A program made the position numbers and the translations under genes. This document shows positions 1-11,730 of a DNA stretch of 64,000 bases, one piece after another. The notes under the pieces were generated by a model. The model did no database searches. It was not told the origin of the DNA and worked only from the letters and a program-made list of their open reading frames with translations. This DNA is from Eledone cirrhosa. Lineage: Eukaryota. The number at the start of each line of letters is the position of its first letter. Positions within the stretch are counted from its first letter, which is position 1. The stretch is from assembly GCA_964016885.1 (NCBI GenBank), contig OZ024742.1, forward strand, positions 174,096,001-174,160,000, in the 5' to 3' direction.

Positions 1-2524
1 GGTGGACCACGACGGGCGCATGCTACTCGATCCCGGGCAAATGTGTGAAGCTTTTCAGCGACGCCTCGCTCAACTGTTCGGGGGCAGTGGCGGGCCGGAT
101 CGAGGGATGGACTTTAGTGTCTACCTCGACGGACTGCCGCGGCTTTCGGCCACTGAGGCGGAGTGTTGCGAAAAGCCGATAACAACCGCTGAAGTACGGG
201 ATGCAATGACTAGTTGCACAAGGGGTAAATCGCCTGGTTTGGATGGTCTGCCCTATGAACTTTACGTACAAATGCCAAACTTGTTCGGAGGCCTATTGGC
301 GGACGTCTACTGCAACTGGCAACAGAACGGGAGAATTCCCAGCTCTGTGAGCCGAGGAGCGGTGGCGCTGCTGAGAAAGGAACCGAACAAGGGGGATAAC
401 ATAGATAATTTTAGGCCCATAACTCTGCTAAACACAGAGTTCAAGATTTTGGCCAAGGTGCTAGCAAAGAGGTTGGCGCTTGTCGTTGGTGGTCTGGTGG
501 GAGAGGCACAGACATGCGCCATTCCCGACAGATCCATCCACGACAACCTCCACCTCATGCGATACATCGTAGAGAGGGTAGCTAGGGAACCTGGCACGGG
601 TGGGTCTTTGATCAATTTAGATCAGTCGAAAGCCTTCGATAGGGTCGACCATCGTTACCTAACGGCAGTCCTGAGGGCGGCTGGCTTTGGGCCCGTCTTC
701 AGAGGCTGGATCGCTGCCATGCACAGCGACATCTGCTCTGTAGTGAGAGTGAACGGTCACCTTTCGGAACCGTTCGACATCATGCGCTCGGTCCGCCAAG
801 GATGTCCCCTCTCGTCCCTATTGTACGTATTGACTCTCGAGCCATTACTGCACAAACTGGAGACGTTGAGGGGGGTCCCGCGCGAACTAGGATGCGGAAG
901 ATCCGTGTCAGCATATGCCGACGATGTCACCGTAGTGGTGTCGAACGCCAAACACATCGAGGCGATCGGCACTACACTAAGAGAATACGAAGCGGTGACA
1001 GGAGCAATGATCAACCAGGAAAAGTCAGTGGGCCTGCAGCTCGGCACCTGGAGAGGCAGGTCCATGCCGTCCAACAGCGTAGTCGGGCGCTGGACGGACG
1101 GACCGGTTAAATTGCTAGGGGTCTGGTTCGGTCCAGACCTCCAGACGGACAAAAACTGGGACGAGGTGACGAGCAGGGTGGCTTCTCTCACCCAGAAATG
1201 GGCCGAGAGGAAGCTATCCCTGAAAGGTCGAGCGGAGGTGGCGAATGCGTACATCGCATCCGTCATCTACTACCGCCTGACCGTCGTACCTTGTCCTAAG
1301 CCCCGCCTGACTGCGCTGGAGCGTTTGCTCTTTCGCTTCTTGTGGAAGGGACGCGCTCCGATGGTCAGGCGGTCCATCTGTTGTCAACACCCGCTACGTG
1401 GAGGGCTGGGCATGCCGTGGCTGATGATGCGCAGACACGCGCTCAGGCTACGACATCTCCACCTCTTCCTCGACGGTGATCAGGTGTGGTCGCCGTTTGC
1501 AAGACACGTTTTTCCCCAGCTCGTCTCCTTGACGGAGCTGCAGTCCTGGGTCAAGCGAAGACCGAGAGGGAGCGCTTGGAGACTGGAATGTCTTCAGGCG
1601 CTCACAGCCCTCGACCAATCGGGCAATGTGATCGGTGGAAACTCCACCTTGGCGTTCTATAGGGGATTAGTGGAGGGGAAGAGCGACGACGTACTTGGAG
1701 AAACTCTTGGCGTCGACGAAAATCAACTAGCCAATCTCTTCGGAAGGACTTTCGGGCCGGGGCCTATGGACAACTTCCAGAAATCCCTGGCCTGGCAGTG
1801 CTACCGAGGAGCTTTGCCAGTTCGGGATAAACTCTACAGGCATGGAGGTGCCGTCAGCCGGGCATGTCCGAGATGCGCGCAGGGCGACGAAACCGTCCTG
1901 CACGCACTCGTCCAGTGTCCGAGCATTGCTGACTTGTGGGTTTATGTCGAACACCTGCTGTCACGTGTAGGACCTATCCAGCTATCAGCTGAGTCCATCG
2001 TGAGGATTGCCCCGCCCCCTTCCTTTAGCCTGGAAGGGCAGGCAGTTTTTATCTGTCTGGTGGCCATGGCGAAACAGATAGTATGGTGGACACGTTTGAA
2101 AGGGCTGAAGACGAGCACTTACCTCTTCGGTGATGCCCTGATTAACTTTTTCAAATTTCATTTGAAAAGGAAAATCAGGGTAGAGAGGGAAGTGCTCTCT
2201 TCCCAGCATTTTGTTGAAAGATGGGTGAGAGAAGCAAGTATGGCCCGAATGAATGGGCCTTCTCTGAGTATGTGTCTGTAAATTAAAGGTGGAAAACTGG
2301 GAGAGGGCACTTGCCCTGGTGGTCAGGGCCACTGTGGTCTTTTAATGGGCTTTCTCCACAAATGTCCCTTGGAAGTCTCCCCCCTATTGGGGAATTTTTC
2401 TTTGTTATTTTATTTCAACCTCTGTTTTTTTTACACGCAGAAATGCCCATTTGTACCGTCCTGTATTGTCCTGTACTGTCCTTAATGTCTACTTTATGTG
2501 AACCCTTGTGGTTAATAAAGAAAA

Positions 2525-2571
<47 letters not shown>
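1..2571 (+). mobile_element. Tx1/L1-like LINE, 3' part with 3'UTR, AATAAA (2514-2519) and (TTA)n tail (2526-2571)
   Basis: GC-rich ORF2 followed by about 240 bp of UTR, a polyA signal and a trinucleotide tail. Confidence 0.88.
2..2281 (+). CDS. Tx1/L1-clade non-LTR retrotransposon ORF2 (RT and C-terminal CCHC zinc knuckle), cut at 5' by the window edge
   Basis: Uninterrupted 759-aa frame. Motifs: KSPGLDG, FRPITLLNTEFKILAK, LDQSKAFDRVDH, VRQGCPLS, YADD, KLLGVWFG, LSLKGRA, CPRC-x8-H-x4-C. Confidence 0.93.
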   Translation: MDHDGRMLLDPGQMCEAFQRRLAQLFGGSGGPDRGMDFSVYLDGLPRLSATEAECCEKPITTAEVRDAMTSCTRGKSPGLDGLPYELYVQMPNLFGGLLADVYCNWQQNGRIPSSVSRGAVALLRKEPNKGDNIDNFRPITLLNTEFKILAKVLAKRLALVVGGLVGEAQTCAIPDRSIHDNLHLMRYIVERVAREPGTGGSLINLDQSKAFDRVDHRYLTAVLRAAGFGPVFRGWIAAMHSDICSVVRVNGHLSEPFDIMRSVRQGCPLSSLLYVLTLEPLLHKLETLRGVPRELGCGRSVSAYADDVTVVVSNAKHIEAIGTTLREYEAVTGAMINQEKSVGLQLGTWRGRSMPSNSVVGRWTDGPVKLLGVWFGPDLQTDKNWDEVTSRVASLTQKWAERKLSLKGRAEVANAYIASVIYYRLTVVPCPKPRLTALERLLFRFLWKGRAPMVRRSICCQHPLRGGLGMPWLMMRRHALRLRHLHLFLDGDQVWSPFARHVFPQLVSLTELQSWVKRRPRGSAWRLECLQALTALDQSGNVIGGNSTLAFYRGLVEGKSDDVLGETLGVDENQLANLFGRTFGPGPMDNFQKSLAWQCYRGALPVRDKLYRHGGAVSRACPRCAQGDETVLHALVQCPSIADLWVYVEHLLSRVGPIQLSAESIVRIAPPPSFSLEGQAVFICLVAMAKQIVWWTRLKGLKTSTYLFGDALINFFKFHLKRKIRVEREVLSSQHFVERWVREASMARMNGPSLSMCL

Positions 2572-2575
<4 letters not shown>

Positions 2576-3282
2576 AAGTACCAGTAATACACTGGGATAA
2601 TTGCTGCCCTTGTGCCAAAAGTAGAAATAATTATTATTATGATTATTATAAAGAGTTACGGCCCTTTATGGTCTGAGTTCAAATCCCGCCGAGATTAACT
2701 TTGTGCGGTTGATTGGCAGTATCGGTAGAGGGTCGGACGCCATGCTTTGCAGCATAGAGTTACGGTCCTTTATGATCTGAATTCAAATCCCGCCGAGGTT
2801 AACTTTGCCCTTCATCTTTATGGGGTCGATAAAATAAAGTACCAGTCATGTACTGCGGCCATTTAATCGACTTTCCTCTCCCCCAAAATTGTTATAAACC
2901 ATTATTATTATAAAGAATCCCGTCGAGGTTAACTTTGCCTTTCATCCTTACGGGGTCGATAAAATAAAGTACCAGTAATGTATTGGTTTATTGCTGGCCT
3001 TGTGCCTAAAAATAGAAACAATTATTATTATAAAGGGCGGTAGATTGGCAGTATCAGTAGAGGGTCGGACGCTATGCTTTGCAGCAAAGAGTTATGGAGA
3101 TTTATGGTCTGAGTTCAAATCCTGCCGAGGTTAACTTTGCCTTTCATCCTTATGGGGTCGATAAAATAAAGCATCAATAATACACTGGTATAATTGTTGG
3201 CCTTGTGCCAAAAGTAGAAACAATTATTATTATTATTATAATCGTGGTGCATTGGCAGAATCGGTAGAGCGTTGGAGACCAT
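2572..3282 (+). mobile_element. Head-to-tail stack of full and partial tRNA-derived Meta-type SINEs
   Basis: Repeated units ggcggtggattggcagtatcggtagag...gagttcaaatcccgccgaggttaactttgcctttcatccttacggggtcgataaaataaagtaccag...ccttgtgcc-aaagtagaaacaatta. A/B-box-like head; the central block resembles the MetaSINE domain. Confidence 0.8.
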
Positions 3283-3293
3283 TCATCGGAGAA

Positions 3294-3771
3294 TTTATAT
3301 TTATATCCTTTACTCTTTATCCTTCTCCCTTTAAATGTAAACCTACTGTTATCCTCTCCGCCAACCCCATAAAAGCCCATTAATAAGTGTATATAAACAG
3401 ATCTATTTATGGATTGAGTTCAAATCCCACCAAGTTTAGCTTTGCCCGTCATCCCTACCCTTTCCCAATACATTTCCTTATTTCCTTATCTTCTTATTTT
3501 CCATTTTTATTTTATTTTCTGTTTTCATTTCTCATTTTATTATTTTTGTTATTATTTTGTTATCCTTTTCACCCATTCTTACCCTTTTTGCTTTTTACCT
3601 TTCAAATACTTTACCTTTTTTATCTAACTTTTATCATATATATTTTTATATTCTTTACCATTTATATTTATATCCTTTACTCTTTATCCTTCTCCCTTTA
3701 AATGTAAACCTACTGTTATCCTCTCCGCCAACCCCATAAAAGCCCATTAATAAGTGTATATAAACAGATCT
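3294..3771. repeat. Direct repeat of about 110 bp (3294-3402 and 3661-3771)
   Basis: Identical block tttatatttatatcctttactc...gtatataaacagatct occurs twice. Confidence 0.85.
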
Positions 3772-3779
3772 TGGGACTT

Positions 3780-4150
3780 CTGGCAACAGTTTAGATGTGT
3801 CTTTGCAAATATAAACTTGCATGTCTGATGAGATGCCTAAAAATCATTGGTCCCCATCATTTTCATATCAAAACAATTGTAATAGGCCAACAAAGTTTGT
3901 ACATATGCTGCAACACTCACTTAAATTCTTCTTAATCTATTTAAACTGTGCACTACAGCTGCCTTAAATCTGGAATATAACCCAAACGAGACAGACCTGA
4001 TAACAGTATTGAGTGCTTCAAACAGTTGTCCACCTGTAACTGTAGATACACACCTAATATATATATATATATATGCATAGGGCTACCTTTAGTGTAACAT
4101 AAGATGCCGTCCACATTATCAGAGGACACTGACTTGTTAATTAAATGAAT
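3780..4150 (-). pseudogene. Highly decayed LINE RT C-terminal fragment
   Basis: Translation LGVYL...KH...SRLGYI resembles the post-RT YLGV region. Weak. Confidence 0.3.
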
Positions 4151-4929
4151 CACCTCATAATATTTTTACTTCAATAGCTTCACTACACTTTTTCTCACTC
4201 TCTTTCAGTGTAATTGTTACACAACCTTATTTATAGATTTATTTAGTTATTGTTGTTGTTATATTGTCTATATAAAACTACTTCTATTCATTCCTTCTAC
4301 AATATTTTAGACACCAACTTAATTTAATACTGCCACTCTTGAAATGAATAAATGGAAAATGAAAGAAGTGACTGAAAGTATAAAAGTAAAATAAAAAGTA
4401 AATAAATAAATAAAAAAATAAAAAAGTAATAATAAAAAGATAGTAATAAAATGTGTGTATGTATGATAAAAATAATCTAAAAATGAAATAAAATTTTATG
4501 AATTAAATTAAAAGAGACAAAGAAGACCACGTGTGCAACTGTAATTTCCAATTTGTGTATGAGAAACAAAATTTATGATTGAAATTTCATTGACAAGCAT
4601 TCTTTAATTTTATATGAGTTTGAAGACTTTGAAAGTTGAACCATATGAAAAAAGGGTCGCATACATTCCAATATGTCGATCTTTTTTCACATTCATCACT
4701 GCCCTCCAGACACTCAGACATACTTATTATTTTCCAATAAACAACCTTAATCATGGAAAATAAAATACCAAATAAATTATACAATAAAATATGTTTGAAT
4801 AATTTTTTTCTTCTTGTCAAATATTTCTTTCTGCTCTGCTTAATTTTATCAATGCACATGCACACATATATATATATAAAAGATTCTTGATGTGATATTG
4901 TGTTGAAACAGATATTGTTATTTGTATGC

Positions 4930-4976
<47 letters not shown>

Positions 4977-5328
4977 GTGTGTGTGCGTATGTGTGTGTGC
5001 CTTTTGTGTGTTTAGAAATGTAGAAAATCTCGAATGCAAGAAAATAGCCGTGAAGATTTTTTTTCATCCATAGGAGTATTTTACGCAATTTTCTAAAGAT
5101 GTATTCACTGCTATTTGTCTGTGTTGAGCATATATATATATATTTATACATATATATATATATATATACATATATAAACAGATATATTCATTGGTGCTGT
5201 GAGCTATGTAGTGTGCTTGCAAACATATGCTCCTAGGTTGAGTCCCACTGCAAATATCTTCTACTATAGTCTCAAGTTGATAAAGGCAATGTGAGTGAAA
5301 TTTTAGGGAAATTCTTCAAAACTCCACA

Positions 5329-5367
<39 letters not shown>

Positions 5368-5989
5368 TGTGTACCTCTGGCATTTGCAGTCCTGGTTATT
5401 TGTGTAATTTTCCTCAGAACCTAACTAATAATTGTTCGTTGAAACCACCGCATATTCGCAGTATCATAAATCTTCCGGAACTATTTTTTGGCTTTATTTG
5501 TGGCAATACATATTTTTTCACTATCCGCAGGTGCTCTAGAAACATAACCCTCATGAATACAGAGACACAGCTGTATATCCATTCAGTATATGGATGTGTT
5601 TGTGTATACGTCCCATATAGTAATTTGAAAAAATGAGATCAATGGAATATCTACTGGGCTTGATAAGATCAGCTGGAAATATTCAAGGTGATGCCCCAGC
5701 ATATTCATTATCTAATGACCTAAAAATACTAAAATAATAAAGGATACACATACATGCATGTATACATACATACATACATTCATATGTACATACATACAAG
5801 CATACGTAGGTGTTGCACTCCAGTTTATACCTTTTATATATATATATATTTATCATCAACATTTTTACATCTTTTGCATTTAGCAACTCAGCCACTATCT
5901 CTATTCTTTGATTGCTTCTTTGACCCTATAACTGTCAACTTCAATAGCTTACCCTTCTGTTGGGTCAATTTAGCGTAATCTCTTCTCCT

Positions 5990-6995
5990 CCCATTCATTC
6001 TCTTCATTCATCTGCCTCGCATATTAACCTTTCCAGGCCTCTTTCTTTTGAATATCAGTGGTGCTAAGTGTACCAGTGTCATTTCTAACACATTTATCCT
6101 CAACAACATCCTAATCACACTGACACACTACCTGGCAATGCAGAACACTTCATGTCTCTGTTCCTCATGTCACAAGACATTCACAAACTTTCATTTTTCA
6201 GCCTCTCTCTTAGCTGTGTACATTTGTTGTCTAGCTTCTCCCTTTCCTACCTGGTACTGGTCTCTGTTACCACATTTTTGCAGTTTTTTCACAACTGTAT
6301 CTTGGCTTCCAGGGCTCTATCCACTGTGCTTATCAACCACCAGGTCACTCACTGTCAGGATGGCACTTTACTGCAGCCACAAATCTCATCAGTAGTTCTC
6401 AAAAGTTCCGAATTGTTCTCTTCATTACATGTAACTAGCTTGTTAATCTCTCATCACATGCATCCTGTAGGGTCTTTCATAACCCATATTTAACTGAAAG
6501 TTCCATTGGCTTGCAAACACTCTAACTCCATATGTGCCTGCATATCTTGTTCTGTATTGTGTTTGTTGTGTCACTAATAACTAACTCGTATTGGGCGGTA
6601 CATTCCTCCCCAGAGTATGCTTTAGTATTTGTTACAGTCCATTTATTTCATTGTTTTAAAAGTCAGGAATCAATGTGGCTTGTGTGTTTGCCCGATTGAT
6701 ATGTCATCAGATGGCTAGCCGGTTGCCTGAAATTTGTGTTGCAGATGGTTAGTTCATTTGCATCACAGAATTCCCTCCCTTTTCATTTCTTGAGCCATAA
6801 CCATAGATGTCATGGATTCCACTGGATCTATCCTGGTACTGTCTGACATGTCCACTGCAGTCTCCTACCAGGATGATGAGGTCTCTTTCATTAGTAACTA
6901 AAGATGGCTGTACAAGTTCCTCATAGGACCTTTCCTTTTGTTCCTTACTCAGTTCTGCCGCCTGGGGGTGCATATGTAGATGTAATTGTCACCAT
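5990..6995 (-). pseudogene. Decayed RTE LINE fragment (endonuclease and linker)
   Basis: ILVGDCSGHV...IHDIYGYGSRNEKG matches IAGDLNGHV...IHGGYGFGTRNEEG of the intact RTE at 50189. Confidence 0.7.
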
Positions 6996-8154
6996 TCTAT
7001 TTCCTACAAACACACACACACACACACACTTATATATATTTGATCCCCTATAGAAATAGTACAATTCTTTTAACATGCACTGTAAATGAATTAGGGAACT
7101 AGTGTCTAATCCACAGTAATTAGGTGTATTATTTCTGATCTATATCATATTTATGTTATGCCTTTGCCTCTTACATAACTAATGTAGGGTCTTGGGATCA
7201 TCTCTGCGTGTCACTTTACAATTCTATCATGCTACTTAGAAGAAAATTGTGTCAGTTGTAGCAGTGCATTTGCCATAAAACACAATCAACCTCTCTACAA
7301 GAAAGAAAAGATAGAATAAATATAAAACACCATATTTCTGAATTGTTCATTTTTACTCATAACATTAAGTGGTGCCAAGACCTTACTATCTCCATTAAAA
7401 TATCAGCAGTTTGATATGAACGAATGAGAAATCACACAGAAATCTAGCAGATATTTCGATATTTTACTGTGATACAATTAACAAGTTGTTAGCTTTCTTT
7501 AACTGCAACAGTGCCTTTTAAAATCATGTGAAGTCTTCAGTTTTCTTGCATGCACGACTGAACTAAAATCATGTCATATCTGTTAGGAAGCCAACAGCTC
7601 AGCAATATAATCTATGTCATTTTTGATGGCATGTTCAAGTTACAGTGAATTGTTATCGACTTCGCTATGATCACATATTATGCCATCAGAGAGAAGTACT
7701 GAAGTGAAAATATAGATAATGTATCAGTCTGTAATGTATAATGGAATTTAGAGTGAAGAAAAATTTCAAATCTCTCTCTTTTTCACTCTTCCTCTATTTA
7801 TTTTCCTCTCTCTTTCCCCCTCTCTCTCTTTCTACCTCTCTTACCTTCTCCATCCCATTGTCCTTCTCTCATCTCTCCCCCTCTCTCTCTTCCTTACTCT
7901 TTTTCTCTCCTTTTGTTTTCTTTATTAACCAGACATTCATTGGATGTCAGTACTTCACTAATGCTTCTTAAAGTCGAAAATGAGAAGGATTCCCAGCAAA
8001 ATATTAGTCTGTTATTTCAGATAAAACATTTTTATTGTTTGAAGTTTTGAAAAATTATGTGTAAGTCCACTGGTTCAATAGTCAAAGTGAAACACAATCA
8101 ATATATCAATTATAACAAAGACAGTAGAGAGGCACTGAGCAAGATTTATTTCAA

Positions 8155-8400
8155 TATATAGTCACAGTCACATATATATTTAGTTTATAGTCATAATCAT
8201 ATATAATTAGTATATAATCACAATTACATACATTTTTTTATATAGTCTTAGTCATACATATCTAGTATAAAATCACATTCACATATAATAGTATATAGAC
8301 ACAGTCATATATATTCGTATATATTGCAGTCCATATATATTTAGTATATAACTCCAGTCTTATATATTCAGTGTATAGTCACTGTTATGTATATTCAATG
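8155..8400. repeat. Imperfect minisatellite, unit about 26 bp (tatagtcacagtcacatatatatttag)
   Basis: About nine degenerate tandem copies. Confidence 0.65.
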
Positions 8401-8519
8401 TACATAAGCTGAATTGTCAGAGAATATATCTGAAGTGCTGAGAATATATCTATATCTATCTATCTATCTATATATATATTTACACACACACATATATATA
8501 TATATATGTGTGTGTGTGT

Positions 8520-8731
8520 GTATCCTGGGTTCAATTGGCGGTAACCACAGTAAGTAAGGTACTCAATACATAGTAGAGTATATAATGTTTAATATAGAAA
8601 TGGCTTCTACGGGACTACAACTGTTTCATTCGAAGGAAATCATCAGGAAAGCACTTTCCTGATGATTTCCTGATGATTTCCTTTGAATGAAACAGTTTTA
8701 GTTCTCTAGAAGCCATTTCTAAATTAAACAT
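8520..8731 (-). mobile_element. Non-coding PLE-like unit; palindrome 8585-8731 with a hammerhead core in each arm (stem I 5' strand missing)
   Basis: Minus arm reads ctgatga-tttccttcgaat-gaaac-agtt-gta and is mirrored on plus. Flanked by TA/TG repeats. Confidence 0.55.
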
Positions 8732-8757
8732 ATATATATAATATATACATATATACA

Positions 8758-8821
<64 letters not shown>

Positions 8822-8996
8822 GGAATAGAATGAAACGAAATTTCATTTCTCATATATATATATAGTTAGAGAAGCAGAAAAGTGCTTACTGTGATCCTGT
8901 TCGTGGTTAAGAAAGCCAGTTTCATGGATGGTTTCAACGTACGGTTAGGGGTAACTCCACAAGTTTGTAAGAATTCCATTCAATCTTGGAGTATAA

Positions 8997-10109
8997 AGTA
9001 TAAAAGAGAAAAGACGGGTAAGCATTCAGAGAAGGATTTTATCCAGGTATTTACGACCATTTCATTGGTAAGTGCAACCTCGTATTGCTATACTGCAAAT
9101 AGCAGCCACTCAATTATAATTGTTGTTCACGTCCAAATTTTCAAAATAGTGAGTAAGTTACTCTTGAAATAGTTCTTAATATATAGAGAAAAATATTTTT
9201 TTGGAATTGTATTTACTAGTATAGAGAGAGGGAAAGAGGAATTAGAAGGTGAGGGGACAAACGGAATAGTATAGAGAGAGAGGAAGGGGGAGAAATGTTA
9301 GGAAGTAGAGTGACAAACTGAGATGGAGGGAGGGGTAGAGGTGGAAAGATTCCTTGATCAGTAGACTTCATGTCGTGGAAATCGAACTCTTAACCGCTTA
9401 CTACCAACTGACAAACTGCATATACTTAGACTTTATACCCTCTTATTGTATCTAAACCCTTTTAAATACCCACAAAAACCAATACCTATATCCCTCCCTT
9501 CTCCTTCATTCCTCTTCTATTTCTTCTATTTCTTCCTTCCCTCCCCTTTTGGCTATCTTTTCTTTTCTTCATTCTCCCCCTTCTTTGCTTTTATTTTTGT
9601 CATTATTATCTTTATCTTTATTTTTTATATATATATTTATCTCTTTATATCTCCCCTTCTCTCTCTCTCTCTATCCATCCCTCCCACTATGATCAATTTA
9701 ATTCTCTTTAACTAACTACATCCCATGAAATGAAGTCTACATATCAAAACTGATCAAGGAATCCTTCCACCTCTACCCCTCCCTCCATCTCAGTTTGTCA
9801 CTCTACTTCCTAACTCTTCTCCCCTTCCTCTCTCTCTATACTACTCCGTTTGTCCCCTCACCTTCTAATTCCTCTTCCTCTCTCTCTATACTAGTAAATA
9901 CAATTCCCCAAAAATGTTTTTCTCTATATATTAAGAACTATTTCAAGAGAAACTTACTCACTATTTTGAAAATTTGGACATGAACAACAATTATAATTGA
10001 GTGGCTGCTATTTGCAGTATAGCAATATAAGGTTGCACTTACCAATGAAACGGTCGTAAATACCTGGAAAAAATCCTTCTCTTAATGCTTACCTATGTTT
10101 TCTCTTTTA

Positions 10110-10113
<4 letters not shown>
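8997..10113. repeat. Inverted repeat of about 365 bp (8997-9361 and 9750-10113), PLE pseudo-LTR-like, with a decayed hammerhead
   Basis: Arms are reverse complements with few mismatches. gaaac-ggtc-gta-aata is retained; the core has decayed to ttgaaaa. Confidence 0.75.
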
Positions 10114-10147
<34 letters not shown>

Positions 10148-10272
10148 AGGGTAAATATTGATGCAATTCAATTCAAGCACTCAACGTACTTTTTCCACAT
10201 AGGAGTGACGGAGTAAATATCGAATAAGTAAAAGCGAAGTAGTTTCAGATGTTCAAGTCCTTTAATAATAAT

Positions 10273-10346
10273 GCTGTGATATATATTTCAATGACGACAC
10301 TGGCCACACTGTTCTGTGTGCGAGTGTCGTGACATCATCAGACAGC
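10273..10346 (-). ncRNA. Type I hammerhead ribozyme motif, family A
   Basis: gctgt CTGATGA [stem II] GAAA tatata TC acagc. Stem I is gctgt/acagc; AUC site. Confidence 0.8.
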
Positions 10347-11313
10347 TTGTTACATAATAAGGTTGTTTCCGAGGCAATCCAAATTGAATCGACATGGGAA
10401 CGGACGAAGTTCGTGCTTTTGGGTTTTTCATCCGTTCCCTTGTGAGTACCAATTCACCCCCACCGGTCTGCGCAAGCGCATGTCCGAAGGAAGTTGACCA
10501 TTAGCACCGCAGATTTCAACGAAATTCGCTGTCAGTGGCCCACCTGTGCCTTGCAAAAGCTTACTGCTACCATCGCTACTGTGGCAGTCAGCCGAAAGCC
10601 AGAGGGGATGGGAGGGTGTTAGTTTTTATAGGTCATAATACTACCTTTCACTAAGCGTTGACAGTAAGACTGACCATCAACGCATAAGGTAAAATACACT
10701 TAATTCTAGGTACTATGGTTTTACATAGTAAGTTAAGAGTGAGAGTTGGGAATAAAAATTAAAATTAAAGGTTAAAATCCTAAATCAAATATCAGAGATT
10801 ATAAATTAAACAATAAAGAATTCAAAAATTCTAAATTCAAAAAATTTTCAAGTGATAATTCGGATTAAGTAAAGATATACATTGAAGTGAGTAAATAATA
10901 TAGAGAGAGATGTTTAAGTAATATGTTCTGGGAGGGATTCTAGTGTTACAGATATTGAACGGCAGTGCCGGACCTTATAACGGAGGGCAAACTACATGGT
11001 TCAAGGCATTAGTCAATCCGTTACACGGTCATACTTTCCATCACATGGAACAGAGTCAAAGAAAAACAGACAAAAAGTACACAAAAGAGAACACAAAAGA
11101 AAAGAAAAGAACAGAGACAATAGTGAATAAATGCAAAAACACAGAGTCTGCGGTGCTAATGGTCAACTTCCTTCGGACATGCGCTTGCGCAGACCGGTGG
11201 GGGTGAATTGGTACTCACAAGGGAACGGATGAAAAACCCAAAAGCACGAACTTCGTCCGTTCCCATGTCGATTCAATTTGGATTGCCTCGGAAACAACCT
11301 TATTATGTAACAA

Positions 11314-11387
11314 GCTGTCTGATGATGTCACGACACTCGCACACAGAACAGTGTGGCCAGTGTCATCATTGAAATATATATCACAGC
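11314..11387 (+). ncRNA. Type I hammerhead ribozyme motif, family A
   Basis: gctgt CTGATGA tgtcacgacactcgcacacagaacagtgtggccagtgtcatcatt GAAA tatata TC acagc. Confidence 0.8.
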
Positions 11388-11450
11388 ATTATTATTAAAG
11401 GACTTGAACATCTGAAACTACTTCGCTTTTACTTATTCTATATATATATA

Positions 11451-11516
<66 letters not shown>

Positions 11517-11517
11517 C

Positions 11518-11730
11518 GGGGTAATAAATAATAGTTATATGCAGTCCACTTAGGTGTAGTCCAGTTATGGTATTCCGTGTAGTGGATGATATTAACACTT
11601 GGCTAAGTTTGACTCAACAAGGCGTTTTCATAGTGATGCTGTAAGTACGCTGTAATTCCTATGCTGTAAACACTTGGAGTAATAATAAATTTTTTGTATA
11701 GCAAACCGTGTCACTCTTCTTTCCTGATTT
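11518..11730 (-). mobile_element. Diverged 3' end of the family H PLE-like unit
   Basis: Reverse complement aligns with 15450-15612 (ttattact..cataggaattac..cttgttgagt..atccac..ttacccc). Sits between (TA)n tracts. Confidence 0.55.

Larger units (their letters stand above)
10222..11438. repeat. Near-perfect inverted repeat of about 290 bp (10222-10513 and 11147-11438)
   Basis: Arms are almost identical reverse complements. The unit is bounded by (TA)n on both sides. Confidence 0.92.

Noticed and set aside
4587-4870. Possible host exon (SMSECLEGSDECEKR...)
   Set aside because: No recognisable domain, no clear splice sites, and the frame runs out of a microsatellite.
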